Of a DNA stretch of 64,000 nucleotides, positions 1-12,100 are shown in pieces. Source of the stretch: Lama glama. Lineage: Eukaryota. The position numbers and the translations under genes were made by a program. The stretch lies in assembly GCA_028534125.1 (NCBI GenBank), contig CM052816.1, positions 35,404,001 to 35,468,000 of the forward strand, written 5' to 3'. The notes beneath the pieces were generated by a model. That model saw nothing but the letters and a program-made list of their open reading frames with translations, was not told the origin of the DNA and searched no databases. How positions within the stretch are numbered: the stretch's first letter is position 1; each line of letters begins with the position of its first letter.

Positions 1-436
1 AGCCATATAAAGAATGAAATCTTCCCATTTGTGGTAACATGAATGCACCTAGAGAATATTATACTTAGTGAAGTAAGTCAAAGACAAATATTGTATGCTT
101 TCACTTAAATGTGGAATCTAAAAAACAAAACAAACCAACAAATATAACAAAATGGAAATAGAGTCATAGATGCAGAGAACAATCTAGTGGTTACCAAAGG
201 GGAGTGTGTGGGGCGGGGGCAGGAAGGGCAAAATAAGTGAAGGGGATTAAAAGGCACAAACTACCAGTTATAAAATAATAAGTTACAATATTGTAATATA
301 CAGGGCAGGGAATATAGTGAATATTTTATAATAACTTCATATGGTGTGTAATCTGTAAAAATAACAAATCACTTTATGGCACACCCGAAACTAATATAAT
401 ATTGTAAGTTAACTACACTTCAATTAAAAAAAAAAA
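1..436 (+). mobile_element. LINE-1 3' end (ORF2 tail + 3'UTR + poly(A)), L1MA-like; begins before the window
   Basis: Typical L1 motifs 'aagaatgaaatcttcccatttg', 'cttagtgaagtaagtca', 'tgtggaatctaaaaaac', 'gtggttacc'; ends cttcaatt + A-run at ~427-436. Confidence 0.9.
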
Positions 437-1486
437 GGTATAGTTATAACCTGTAACCCAGACTTGTCTCTGCCAAAACCAGTTTTAAAATTTAACTACC
501 AATCTAAACTGCTTCTCAAGAATGAAATATGTAAGTAATTTTCTGTAAATATCTAGGACATTTTCTTCATTATTTTACTAAGGGCTCTAGATTCTACCAC
601 CTAATAAATTCAGGGTCAGGAGCGTGTAACTTCAGCCTGTGGCTGTGGCTTTGAAAGGAGATATAACAGAGGACTGAGGAGTTGCCAGGTGGGTTGTATG
701 TTTCTCATAAGCTCTAACGTGGGTGCAGGTACCTCACTACCTACAGGGCTTCACGAGTTGAGAGTTGCTGAATGAGCCACATTGCGTTCTATTTTTAAAA
801 TCTTGTTGATCCTATTTCTTTGCCTCTTAACCTTGTAGCTCCTTTTCTATGGCCTCTTTCAATAACCTTCCTTCAAGCCCTTATCACCTGGTACCTAATC
901 AGAATAATACTGGCAGTGCTTTATAGTTTCCAAAACATGTTTTCACATTGTTACCTCAACTCTCACAGCACTGAGATAGATATCGTTATATTTTGTTGGT
1001 TTTGTTGATCCATATGCCTTTTTTTCCCCTACATTTTAACATATTGGAAATTGTAATAGGTTCTGCTTTCAGAGGCAACTTGCAATTGCTATTGGCCAGG
1101 CAGCAGTAGTGCTGTATTTGTTGTTGACTATGCATGCTCAATCCAACATATTTTCTCCTGATAAAATGAGTGGAATTCACTGTTCTCAACTGCTAGCTCC
1201 TAACAACTGCCTAAGGAAGGCATATGAGTTCTGGTTATTGCTTACAAACCTTCTATTGAACATCTTGGAATATTTTCCAACAACAAATTTTTCAGAATAA
1301 ATGGGGCTTAAAATTTTGCAGAAATAGTAGTGGAGCATTCTTAAAGATACGGTCCATCACCAATACATCTATGACACAGAGGATGGTGATGTACAGATAA
1401 AACACGGGTGCAGACTACTTTGAAACAAAGAGTGGTTCAGGAGAGTTGCACTATGATTATGAAGAAGTTTTAGGAATACCTCAACC

Positions 1487-1727
1487 CAGAGATTCCCAGA
1501 CTTTCTTGGTTCATGGCATTTCTAGGGTCTCAGTACTTCTTCATAGCACCCCTAGGCCAAAAGAAACATCTAACAGTTTCACTTATTAGGTCCAACAACT
1601 TAGTAGCCATATGAAAAAAGGTAACTTTCAAATTTCATTCTTAAATAACTAGAATTACTTACTAAGTGGATGGGCGTGCTTTGGGGGGCACTCTACAACT
1701 GTACAAACCTTGAAATCAAACTGGACA
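1487..1727 (+). mobile_element. hAT-Charlie DNA transposon fragment, MER119-like
   Basis: 'cagagattcccagactttc...gcacccctaggccaaaagaaacatctaacag...ccttgaaatcaaactggaca' resembles the recalled MER119 5' half. Confidence 0.65.
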
Positions 1728-3782
1728 ATCAGAGGCTCTTCTCCCTGAATTACGCTGCTTGTCCCAGCTGTTTAGCATGGACACCTGTACTTCTAGCCTC
1801 ATTAGCTTTAAGTTGCCTTGTCATGGATGCTGATGGCTTTCGGGAAAACTTCTAGCTAGGAAAAAAAAAAAAAGCCTGTGCTGAGTGTCCTTTACAGTGC
1901 AACATCCATCCCTCCTCTCTGACTGCCTGATGTGGCCTTTCCTGTGGTATCAGATGATTATTGTAAAAAGATCCTGGAAACCCTGGGTTTAAATATAAAA
2001 ATTATCTCTAAAGCAATTTCAGGGAAATAGAGAGCTGCCATATGGTTTCTTTTGGCCTTGTCCGTTCCAAGATCTAATAGATACCCATTCTTTTTCAGTT
2101 AAATCACCAGATTTATTTTGGCAAACCTAAGACAAACACACTTTGTCCCCTTTCTACTACCCTCCTTGCTAAGGTCAGGGATGGTGCTTTTGTGAATCAT
2201 TTTCCTGATGCCAGGTCAACATAAGCAGAGAGGACTTGGAAACGAAGGTCGTCTGGTTCACTGGAACAGCTTAAAGTCACCTCTAAACTGGGGTCACTCT
2301 CCTCTCTGCGGTTTCATCACCGATTTGCTGATTAGCTTCTCTTTCTATAACAAGCCCTAATAAAGCTGCATCGCTCGTTGAAAACACCCACGTTCTCTAC
2401 ACCCTCAAACCTACTTTAAATCCAAGACGCTTGGGGAGATCATTAAGTCAGTCATTTGACTGAACAGAGCCCTTTATCCCCTTCTTTCCCCCAAGTAGCA
2501 AGTTATGCTAAGTGCAGGGTAGAAAAACTCAATAGCTCATGGAAAAGGCATTCATTTTACTTTCAAATTTCAATCACCAGGGTGAAGGGTCAGAAAAGGC
2601 CATGACAGAAATTCTTGCAAAAGAAAATCTCCCTGTTGCCCTGCAGCCAGTCATCTTCCTGCCGCATAAATCACTGCATTCTGCCAAACGTCAGCCCCAG
2701 CTGTAATGAGTGCCTAAGAGAAGGGCTTTCTTCAGGGCTTCCGGCTGTGACAGTTGTATTTATTTTGAGTCAGTCTGATGGATGAACAGCCCTTTCAAAG
2801 TAGCAAGATTCATTAAAGAGTTATTCCTACACATTGCTGCACGTGGCCCCACCTGCAGCCCACACAGGCCTCCTGTTCCCGTCCAAGGCCACCTGTGCTG
2901 GCTGTTTATGTCCCCCTGCTTCACTCCTTCTCGTGAGATACCACAACGTTGAAAGAATAAGGAAGATGTAGGCTCTTGACTCTAATCTGTAGCAAATGAA
3001 CAAAGCAGAAAGTCCTGTGGAGCAAAATTTCTAAAGTGTATATTCTTGGACTTCCTGAACTCTTTCTATTATTCTCTGCCCTCCGCATAGTAAGACGCTA
3101 GAGGCTGGCCTCAGACACACAAGGAAGGGCATGCCACTTGGCTTTGGCAAACTTGTCCTGCTTTTTGCTTCTCTCCCAGATGGCACTGTTCCCTTCTCAG
3201 CACCTGTCTTTCCAGCTCACCTGCTGGTCTGTGCTCATAACCCTGTGCCCCAGGACTCCAAGACCCCCAACTCCTGCTCTTTTCCCCTTTACTGTTACAT
3301 GCCTGCCTCTCTCCTTCATAGTGTCAGCATACCCTCCACACAGCACACATTCTTATGTTTCCACCTTGGTTGGAATTAATGCTAACATGGTATCCTGGCT
3401 TATTTGTGGAGGAGGAGGAGATAGCAGCTCAGAGGTTTGGCAGCTCCCCGACCCTCCTCCGCTTCTGCACACCCAGGGCCATGAGGGTCTGTGCTGTGAC
3501 AACAGCCTCCCTGTGCTCACGTTCAAGGTGAAGGGAGGTCAGGTGCTATGATCTGTGAAAGTGAAGACTGTCTGTGGGAATCTCAGACTGATCTTGTCCA
3601 CGTGATTCTGGGGAGGGTAGTATGGATGAAGGCCCTATGAGGAGTGAAGTAAAGTTTTTAAAAACAGGAAGATGGAATTCTTCTCTAGATTTGAACTCCT
3701 CCCTCGCAAATTTTTTTTTCACTAGGACAACACAACTGGGCAACATAAATACCACATTATTGATTCTGCACCACGTGTGTTT

Positions 3783-3890
3783 TATTTAATCTTCATGCCA
3801 ACCCTACGAAGTATGCTTTTTTTTTCTCAGATGAGGAAATTGAGGTTTCAAAAGAGTAATAACTTGGCCACAGTCACACAAGGACTCTGA
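3783..3890 (-). mobile_element. MIR SINE fragment
   Basis: Reverse-complement MIR core 'atttaatcttca...cagatgaggaaattgagg...aacttggccacagtcacaca'. Confidence 0.8.
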
Positions 3891-4419
3891 TCCAAAGCAA
3901 AATCTTAGTCCCATGTCTGGAATGACTTCTTTCACAGGAGCTATGGGGATGCATGTGACAGCGGTGGGGGAGCTGATAATCCACAGAGCAGCTATTTTGA
4001 CAATGATTAACTACAGACCTGGGAAGAGAAAGATTGTGTAGACCAGCCTACAACCTTGGAGGGTTAGAATATACATGAAGAATGAAAAGTAAGAAAGTGG
4101 AAGGAAGAAATGAAATCTTTCAGCTGTTAGTGGAGAGATCGAGAAAAGAATCAGCTGGTCACACAATCTGTCCTGATCTGTTTCCTCACCTCTGTTACCT
4201 ATCGATGGTGACCACTAGGCAAAGCCCCAGGCCCTTGACTGCTCTTCAGTACCTGGAGGCACCCCCCACACAACTGCTGGATATGAACATAGAAACCAGT
4301 TGGGCTGGCCGTTCTCTGCTGCAGGATTGCTCTTGCTCTAACCTCCCCTACTGCCTCCTGGGATGACCTTGGTGTTTCCCACTGTAATCCGGACGGACTG
4401 GGCTCTGCTGCTGGATTTA

Positions 4420-5712
4420 ACTCAGACTTCACTTCCCAGCTGCCTGATGAACATCTCTATTGGGAGTACCACCTACCCTCAAACTCAGCTCTGCCAAACT
4501 AAACTAGCTTCATTCCCAAACCACTCCTCCTGACTCCCTGTTTCTCCAGTTGACCAGATTTGAAAACAACAGTTGTTGCTGATGCTTCATTTTCTTTCTC
4601 TTCCATGGAATTCAGCCAATAGCCAAGTTGATACAACTTCCATTTCTAATCTATCACCTTTCAAACATCTGGGCCACATTTCTGGTTTGGAATGTCATTT
4701 TCCTTTTCAGGAATTATTACTGGATCCTTTTATCTGTCATCTCACTTCTAGTCACTCCCAACTCTTATTTTTTCTTCATTTTGGGACTATATCATTCTGG
4801 AAAAACACTAATTATGCTGCTTCTCTGCATGAAAATGTTTGGTGGCTCGCCCCTCCTGAATCAAGTACATATTCCTCATATTGGTTTCAGAGCCACCAAA
4901 ATACAGCCTCTGGAAGGGACACCTGCTATTTTTCCTACCCAGGAGGTAGCTCATTTTTTGGTAGGTGCCTTTCAAGTTTCCTTGTGGGGACTCCCCCTTC
5001 CAGAATCAGAATGGCTTGGCTGGCACTGATGCCTCTTCTTGGCTTTAGGAGTGGACATATGACACATTCTCCTAGACACTGTAATTGGTTCAGGTACAGG
5101 CAGAAATGACTTAAATCAGACCAATGAATCTCTATTCTGAGTCTTTTGGCTGAACAGTTGAGAAAAAAGCTCATTTACTATTGAGACTGCTAGAAGTGGT
5201 TATGATGAAAGACTGAAGCTGCCAGGAGTTAACAGGTAAAACATGATAATGAAACCAACAGAGAGAAAAGAGATGAAATTTAGAGAGCAAGGTGGGAGTC
5301 CCTGGATCCAGCTATGATTGCAGGCAGAGCATCCCTTGACTTTCCAGTCAGGTGAGCCAATGCTTGTATTTCTGAGCTTTAAGAATTCTGAACTTGAAGA
5401 ATTCTGACAAATACAGCTTTCATCTATCTTTCCAAACATCTCCTCCTACCCATCTACACTGAGCTGAACTATTTGCTCTTGTCTCAAAGCTCAAATGATT
5501 TTATATATTCATGTTTGCTTGTGCTGGTCTTTCATTCTGGAACACAGTCTGTAGCCATCTCCATCTGCCCAACCTTCTAAGGTCTCTTTCAGATGTTACT
5601 TCCCAGCCACATAGGCTCTTGCCTGTGTTTGAATTCCACTCCCCCCACTAAGTCTTCTTTGTCATCAAATTTTCAGCATCTTTCACCAGTGGCCCATATT
5701 AGATGCTCAGTA
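4420..5712 (+). mobile_element. L2 LINE 3' fragments, interrupted by an MLT1 LTR
   Basis: 'cagact...ctgcctgatgaacatctcta...ctcaaactcagc...aaactaaact' at 4420-4510; L2-like tail 'tagatgctcagtaaa' at ~5700. Confidence 0.6.
5020..5400 (+). mobile_element. ERVL-MaLR solo LTR, old MLT1 (J/K/L-like)
   Basis: 'aattggttcagg...tgacttaaatcagaccaatgaa' and 'ctggatccagctatg...gacttttccagtcaggtgagccaat' are characteristic of old MLT1. Confidence 0.65.
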
Positions 5713-7849
5713 AACTAGTGTGACTTAGGCCAAAGAGAAAAGGAAAATGAAGGGCTTCCCATGTAGAAATGAAGCTAACATTTGTTGGACTGAACTGACT
5801 TTATAAGTCCTGAGAAGAATAACAGGAAATAGCTTGTTATCCTTTCTACTTCACACCTGGCTTTCGTTTCTTCCAGAAGATTGGTAGGCATTTTCACTGC
5901 ACTTCCTTAATCACACAAGCAACTGCAATTTTGCAGCATAAAAGCACCTTAGTTTAAACCTGTGGGAAACAGCAGTACTTTCTGGCTACAGGAAGACATT
6001 TTATTTACTTTGATATTGGTTGCTTCCTTTTATGGATAAACTTCGTTGTTTTGTTGTTGTTGTTTTAGTGTTTGGTTTGTTTTTTTTTTTCTCAGTCAAT
6101 ATTGTAGATTTATTTCACTAGCAATGTCAGTATTTCTGAGGCTATTATATTGCTTTCTTCTTCAGAGCATTGCAAATTCTTTGAGCCTTGTGGGTTTTAC
6201 CATGGCACTATTTGAAAGGAATGTTCAGTTGTATTCAGTGTTTGTATAACACCTGCCTGTTTATCCTCTGAGTGATTTACGGCTCCTCTATGGAGGAGGA
6301 AGGTAACGACATTGCAGTCTGGCAGAAGAGGAACTCTTTCTATAAATGCTAGCCAAAGAGGTCAAATAAGAAAAAGCCAGTCGGACACCTTGAGTCTCGT
6401 GTCATGTGGTGTCAAAGACTCCCCTTTCACCCTGTAAGTTAAGACTGTTACTTTGATGTCACATAAACACAATCTATGAAATCAACCTATGGAATCAAAC
6501 ACTGAATTAAAAAGGAATCCTAGGACTGAAGTCCAGACCTTTTTCCCCTTTATTTCCTCACTGCCATAGGCTACATATACTTGAAGAGCTTCTTTATACT
6601 TTAGCAGAAAGAAAAAAAAAATCACAGAGGTTGTGTCTGCCTTGGTAAGTAGCTTAGAAAAGGAACTATAGGTGGTCTATGCCTTTTTCCAACTTCCTGC
6701 ACTAATATTCTTAGTGCATGGGACTTTGATTTTTATGAAAGGCTAAAAGCCAGAAGAGCATCCTGACCAAGACCATTCTCCTTAAAAAGGATTCCCCGAA
6801 GCCCCATCTTGCGTCGTGGCCCATTCATCTACTTATTATCTCTGCTTTTGCTGACCCTGTGGCTTCCCACCAGCTTCTGTCCACCTTCCTTCTCTCACAT
6901 GGCTTCTGTCTGTTGCCCCTCTTCACTCCTGATTATTCACCACTTTGATGTCTTACTTTCTCTCTTTGGATGTTTCACTTTGATTCCAAAATGAATGGTT
7001 CAGTCTAATGCCCTACATTCAGAACTCTTGAGAGAGATCTTTTTAGGCATATTTCACTTGTTGGCTTCCTAATGTGTCTCCCAAGCAGTGGATTTATCAG
7101 TGAGCTGCCCTGGTTCATTCACTTGGCAGAGCACACAACAGTGAGGCAACTGCTGGGAAGATGGCTTCTGAAACAGGCTGTGGGAGTGTCAGACATTCAA
7201 AAGCTGGGCCCATCCAGGATGAGCCAGCTCAGAACGGATCACTGATCCATGAATGTGCCCAGAAGAGCTCATTGATGATAAAGGAGAGGGAGGGTTTCTA
7301 CATCCTTATGGTATCAGAAGACATGATCAACACATTTTTAGAGAAAAGTTCAAAGGCTACTTGAAGGAGTTTTGTTTTTTTGTGTTTGTTTATTTGTTTG
7401 TTTTAAAAGGGAAAAGGAAGTAGGGTCACATATTACTGTGGATTTATTCCTCTTTGGATATCTTTACTGTCATTTCTGTGGGACATGGGAAAGGAGAAAA
7501 ATATAGGTTTTCAGTAACGTCCTGAATCAGAACCTGACTTCTGCATTTTGATGAGCTTAGTTCTCTTTAACATCATTTGCATCATTGAAAGTGGTATTTT
7601 TTCACAAAATAAATACTCTTACTGCTCTAGTATTATAGCAGCATCATAATGAGCAGGAAACTTCAAAAGAGGTGAATTTTAGGAAAGGCAAAGTTCAATC
7701 ACTCCACCACATGACTGATGCACTGATTTTTGGCCTCACTATCTGGGAGGAATTCATCCCCTGGAAACTTTGCTGAGACTGACCATCAGTAGATTTTTCC
7801 TTATGGAAAGAAGACAGAAAGAAATGAATAAGACTAATTTCTAGAGTGC

Positions 7850-8244
7850 TGTTGGGCTGCATCCTACAGGCCTGCGAGCCTGGAATAACTCAGCTGCAAG
7901 ACCAAAGAAAGAGCCCAGAAACAGCTACAGAGACAATGAATTGTTTATTGGATAGGGAATCTTAACAAGTCAGAAGAAAAAGTCCTGGAACACCACCCGC
8001 TGGTGTATGACAAACAGAACACAACCTCAATCTTCACTACTAGGGGAGGAGGCTACCATTTATAGTGGGAACTGACATCGGGTTGGCTCATCAGTTACCA
8101 GGGAAACCAGCAGCTGGGGCAGGCGCAAGCCTGTAGGCAGCTACTGATTAAGCCCTTTGATTAACAGGATTGGACAGTCATTTGAGTGAAGCGGGCCTGG
8201 CCAAGCAGGGGATGTACAGTCATCTTGAATGGCCTGACCATACA
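7850..8244 (-). mobile_element. Solo ERV LTR (395 bp), family not identified
   Basis: TG...CA termini (tgttggg...accataca); 5-bp TSD agtgc/agagc with 1 mismatch; minus-strand CCAAT (8169-8173), TATAAA (8059-8064) and AATAAA (7944-7949) in LTR order. Confidence 0.8.
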
Positions 8245-8917
8245 AGAGCTGAATCATATTTCTAGGATAGGCTGAAGTTGGTAAGAAAGACCTAGAAGCT
8301 CAACTCAGGTGGGCCAGCAAGTAGCATCTGTTGTCTGGTTGGCTGCCTTAATGTTGTCTTTTTTTTTTTTTTAAGTCAGCAAGCCGTAATAATGGCATCA
8401 TAACAAAACCATGGAACAAGATGCAGCAACATCCTCAAAATAAAAAAATCAGTAATGAATGTAAACGCTTCTTCTCCTCGTCTCTGACTGACACCTTTCT
8501 TTTCCTCAGTGGTGCGACAGGCCCTACCATATAATCTACATTTGCTCAGCTGGTCTGTGCTCTCAAAAGATGGCACATTTGCAGGGCACTTAGCAGAGGG
8601 TACATTTTTAGCCTTTAGCGGTGGGACAGGAATTTAATTTGAGTGAAGATAAGTGACCTATTTGATACTGAGATACATGATCTTGCTCCTTGGACCTAAA
8701 CAACTGATAAGGGGAAAAAAATCAAACAGGCCACCAGAAGGACTTACTTAGATATTAACTTACTGACCAATTTCTGGTATGTGTTCAGTATTATGGTGTG
8801 TTTTAGGGGTAGCGTGTAGGGTGGGATCATTAATCAAAAAGTAGAAACCTCGTTTATTAACTAACAATCTAGTTGGGTAGACAAGATACATGTGAGGCAA
8901 ACTGTAAGGTAGAATGC

Positions 8918-9210
8918 CAGCGGTTCTCAGCCTTAACTATACATTGAAATCACTTGGGAAGCTTTAAAAATTGCTAGTGCTGAGTCCTACCTCCAGAGAA
9001 CCTGGGTATACAGTATACTTAGTAGTAAAGTCCTTGGTAGTCCAGTGAAGACGCTAAGTCCTAGTGTTTGGTTCTCAGCATTGGCAGCACATTTAGAATC
9101 ATCTGGAGGACTTTTAAAAAGTCTTTGTTCTCAGCTCAATAACATCAGAATCTCCAGGGATGGGACCGAGCCCTCCAGAATCTCTTAAATCTCTCTAGGG
9201 TTGAGAACAG
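8918..9210. mobile_element. Two MER5A/B-like hAT-Charlie MITE fragments
   Basis: 'cagcggttctcagcctt...gaaatcacttgggaagctttaaaa' and 'ggttctcagc...tagaatcatctggagga...catcagaatctccaggg...ggttgagaac'. Confidence 0.7.
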
Positions 9211-9316
9211 TAGCCTTAGAGAAATTCACAGCAAGGGAGGGGAAATAATGTCAGGTACAGTCAAGAAGATCCCATAAAGAAGAGCTTAGGATGTTTTGAC
9301 ACAGAGGAAGGTGGCA

Positions 9317-9576
9317 TTTCAACATCTGCAGACACTAACTACTATATATAAAATAGATAAACAATAAGTTCATACTGTATAACACAGGGAACTATATTCA
9401 ATATCTTGTCATAATTTTTGGAGAAAAAGAATATGAAAATGAATATATATATGTTCACATATGACTGGAACATTATACTGTATACTGGAAATTGACACAA
9501 CATTGTAAACTGACTATATTTCAATAAGAAAATACATATAGAAAAAAGAAATAATTACAAATTAAAAAAAAAAAAA
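9317..9576 (+). mobile_element. 5'-truncated young cetartiodactyl/camelid-type L1 3'UTR with poly(A)
   Basis: 'actatatataaaatagataaacaa...cagggaactatattcaatatcttg...attgtaaactgactata' + A-tail; TSD gaaggtggca (9307-9316) / gaaagtggca (9577-9586). Confidence 0.88.
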
Positions 9577-9757
9577 GAAAGTGGCAGACTTTCATGTGAG
9601 GAAAAACATGGGCAAAGGCTTGAGGCTGGAACCGAGGCCGGTGGGAGCTCAGCTGGAGCACACGCTGGACAAGAGGAGGGTGCTCTTGTCTGAGAAAAGT
9701 GCAGACGCGTTTGCAGAGACAAGGTAAATGAAATCAGGATTTAACAGTTAGGTTGCA

Positions 9758-10600
9758 TCACCTCTTAGAATGGTGAAAATCCAAAACACTGGCAACAGCA
9801 AATGCTGGCAAGGATGTGAAGCAATAGGAACTCTCATTCATTCCCAGTGGGAATGTAAAAAGGAACAGCCACTTTGGAAGATAATTTGGCAGTTTCTTAC
9901 AAAATTAAACCTATTCTTACTGTACAATCTAGCAATTGCACTTCTTGGGATTTACTCAAATGATATGAAAACTTATGTCCACACAAAAACCTGCACACCA
10001 ATGTTTACTGCAGCTTTATTTACAACTGCTGAAACCTGGAAACAAATAAGTCCTTCAGTAGGTGCACCGATAAATAAACTTTGGTACATCCAGACAACGT
10101 GACACTATTCAGTGCTAAAAAGAATGAAAAGTCATGAATATGCATTTTCCTCATGCATATTCCTCAGTGAAAAAAGCCAAACTGAAAAGACTGCATCATG
10201 TATGATTCCAACTATATGACATTCTGGAAAAGGCAGAAATATGGAGACAGCAAAAAGATGAGTGGTTGCCAGGGGTTAGAGAGGAAATAAGGATGAACAG
10301 GCAGAGGACAGAGGCTTTAGGGCAGTGAAACTATTCTGTACAATAGTACAACTGTGGATACATGTCATTGTACCTTTGTCAAAACCCAAAGAACATACAA
10401 CACCAAGAGTGAACCCTAATGTAAATGATGGACTTTGGGTGATAGTGATGGATCAACGTAGACTCATCAGTTGTAACAAAAGTACACTCTAGGGCAGGAT
10501 CATGGGGGAGGCTGTTTGTGTGTAGGGGAAGGAGTATATGGGAAGTTTTTTACTATCTGCTCAATTTTGCTGTGATCCTAAAAGTATTCTAAAAATTCGT
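9758..10600 (+). mobile_element. Old L1 3' end (L1MC1-like), degenerate ORF2 C-terminus + 3'UTR
   Basis: ORF 9770-10102 resembles the ORF2 tail (KCWQGCE...WECK...PLWK...[19 protein letters not shown]); 3'UTR 'acaccaagagtgaaccctaatgtaaa...ctcaattttgctgtga'. Confidence 0.88.
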
Positions 10601-11899
10601 CTTTTTTTTTTTTAATGGTGGAAAAAAGCCAGGATAGGGAGTTGAAAATTCAGACTAGAGGCAGCAGGGTGCTTTTGTATTTTTTGAGCAGGGAAAACTG
10701 GTAAGAGCAAGATTTTGAGAAGAACACTTTGGCCACCTTGTATAAAGTGGATCAAAACAGCAAAGGGCTGTGACAACAATACACACAAAATGATGAGAGA
10801 GGGCTGAAGATTTGGTGATGATCTGAGACTCAGTGTCAAGAAGGCCTTGATGATTGACATCTCCTCATTTTGAGCCCTATGGTTCTCTTTTCACTTCTCT
10901 GATAAATAAAAGCAAGTGTTGACATTATCTAAAAGGGAAAGGGAAAAGTATGAAAAAAAGAGTTGAAATGTGCACTACACTCTGAAAATTTGTGCTTCAG
11001 AATCAGGCTTGAAGGCAGCATAGGGGAAGCACTTGAGTACATTAAAAAGCCACCGTGTGAATTATTTTAAAAATCTAATTTGCAAAGGCCATTGGCATTG
11101 CTTGGGTGCATTTGTAAATCAGGCAGTCACTTAGGTCATCTTGAGCAGCTAAAGCTATAATTTCCATGAAAAGGCTCAAAATATTAAAACATTAATTGAA
11201 AAACAGCACTTTCAAAATCCTGTTTGCAGAGTTCATTCAAGTTGGCACGATAGGGTCAGGCCAGTTTTTCATCTGCAGGGTAGGCTAAGCCTTTTTGCAT
11301 GATTGCCCTGGAAAACAAATCCTTCACATGGTAAATAAATGACTCCTTGGTCTGTTTGCTTTATTAAAGGCTATTGCAGTCCTTTTTATTTATTATGCTC
11401 TCAGTTTCTACTAAATTTTCAAACTTGAATATAAAATGTCCTGTGTTATTTAATCTGCAATCTATTGTTTACTCCCTCGTCTTATGAAGCCAGGTCTGGC
11501 AGACTCAGCTTTTATTATAATAGCTGTAAAGTGTCTGTGGCATCTGTGATGAGAATCAGCTTAGCAGGACAGGGTCTGCTGTTTCCTGCTCTTCTCTGGC
11601 AGGCTGGCATTTGGGGTAGTGGGCACAGATGCCCCCCCAAGCACTGCCTTCCATCCCCCAATAGCTCCTGCCAAACCTTAGATCACCTTTACAGAACAGA
11701 GGGCAACTCAATGTCAGCAGCTAATCTTTCCTCTGAGGCAGCTGACAAAAGCTGCTGAGAATAGAAGAGTGACTCTGGGCTCCCTCTCTGAAGGTCTTCG
11801 CTGATTTCAAGGTCATGCCCATGGAGTCTTATTTACAGTAGATGCTACCGAGTCAGGAAGGAAATAAGGAAGAGGAAAACTGACATGCCTGTTCTGATC

Positions 11900-12100
11900 C
11901 AGGTGCTTTACATTAGAACTTTTTATCCTCCTTCCATCTTATAAGAGAAGAAACTTTATTTTCTTCATTTTGTAGTTAAAAAAGAAAGAAAGCATAGGGA
12001 AATAAAACAACCCACAGGCAGGCATGTAGATAAAAGTTATTAGTAAGGAGCAGAGCTGGGGGCTAACCCAGGACCGCCCAACTTTGCAGCCTGAGTACTT
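11900..12100 (-). mobile_element. Degenerate MIR fragment
   Basis: 'ttcattttgtagtt...agtaaggagcagagctgggggctaacccagg' resembles the reverse-complement MIR core. Confidence 0.5.

Noticed and set aside
4573..5109. 178-aa ORF
   Set aside because: Spans L2/MLT1 remnants, no recognisable domain or exon structure
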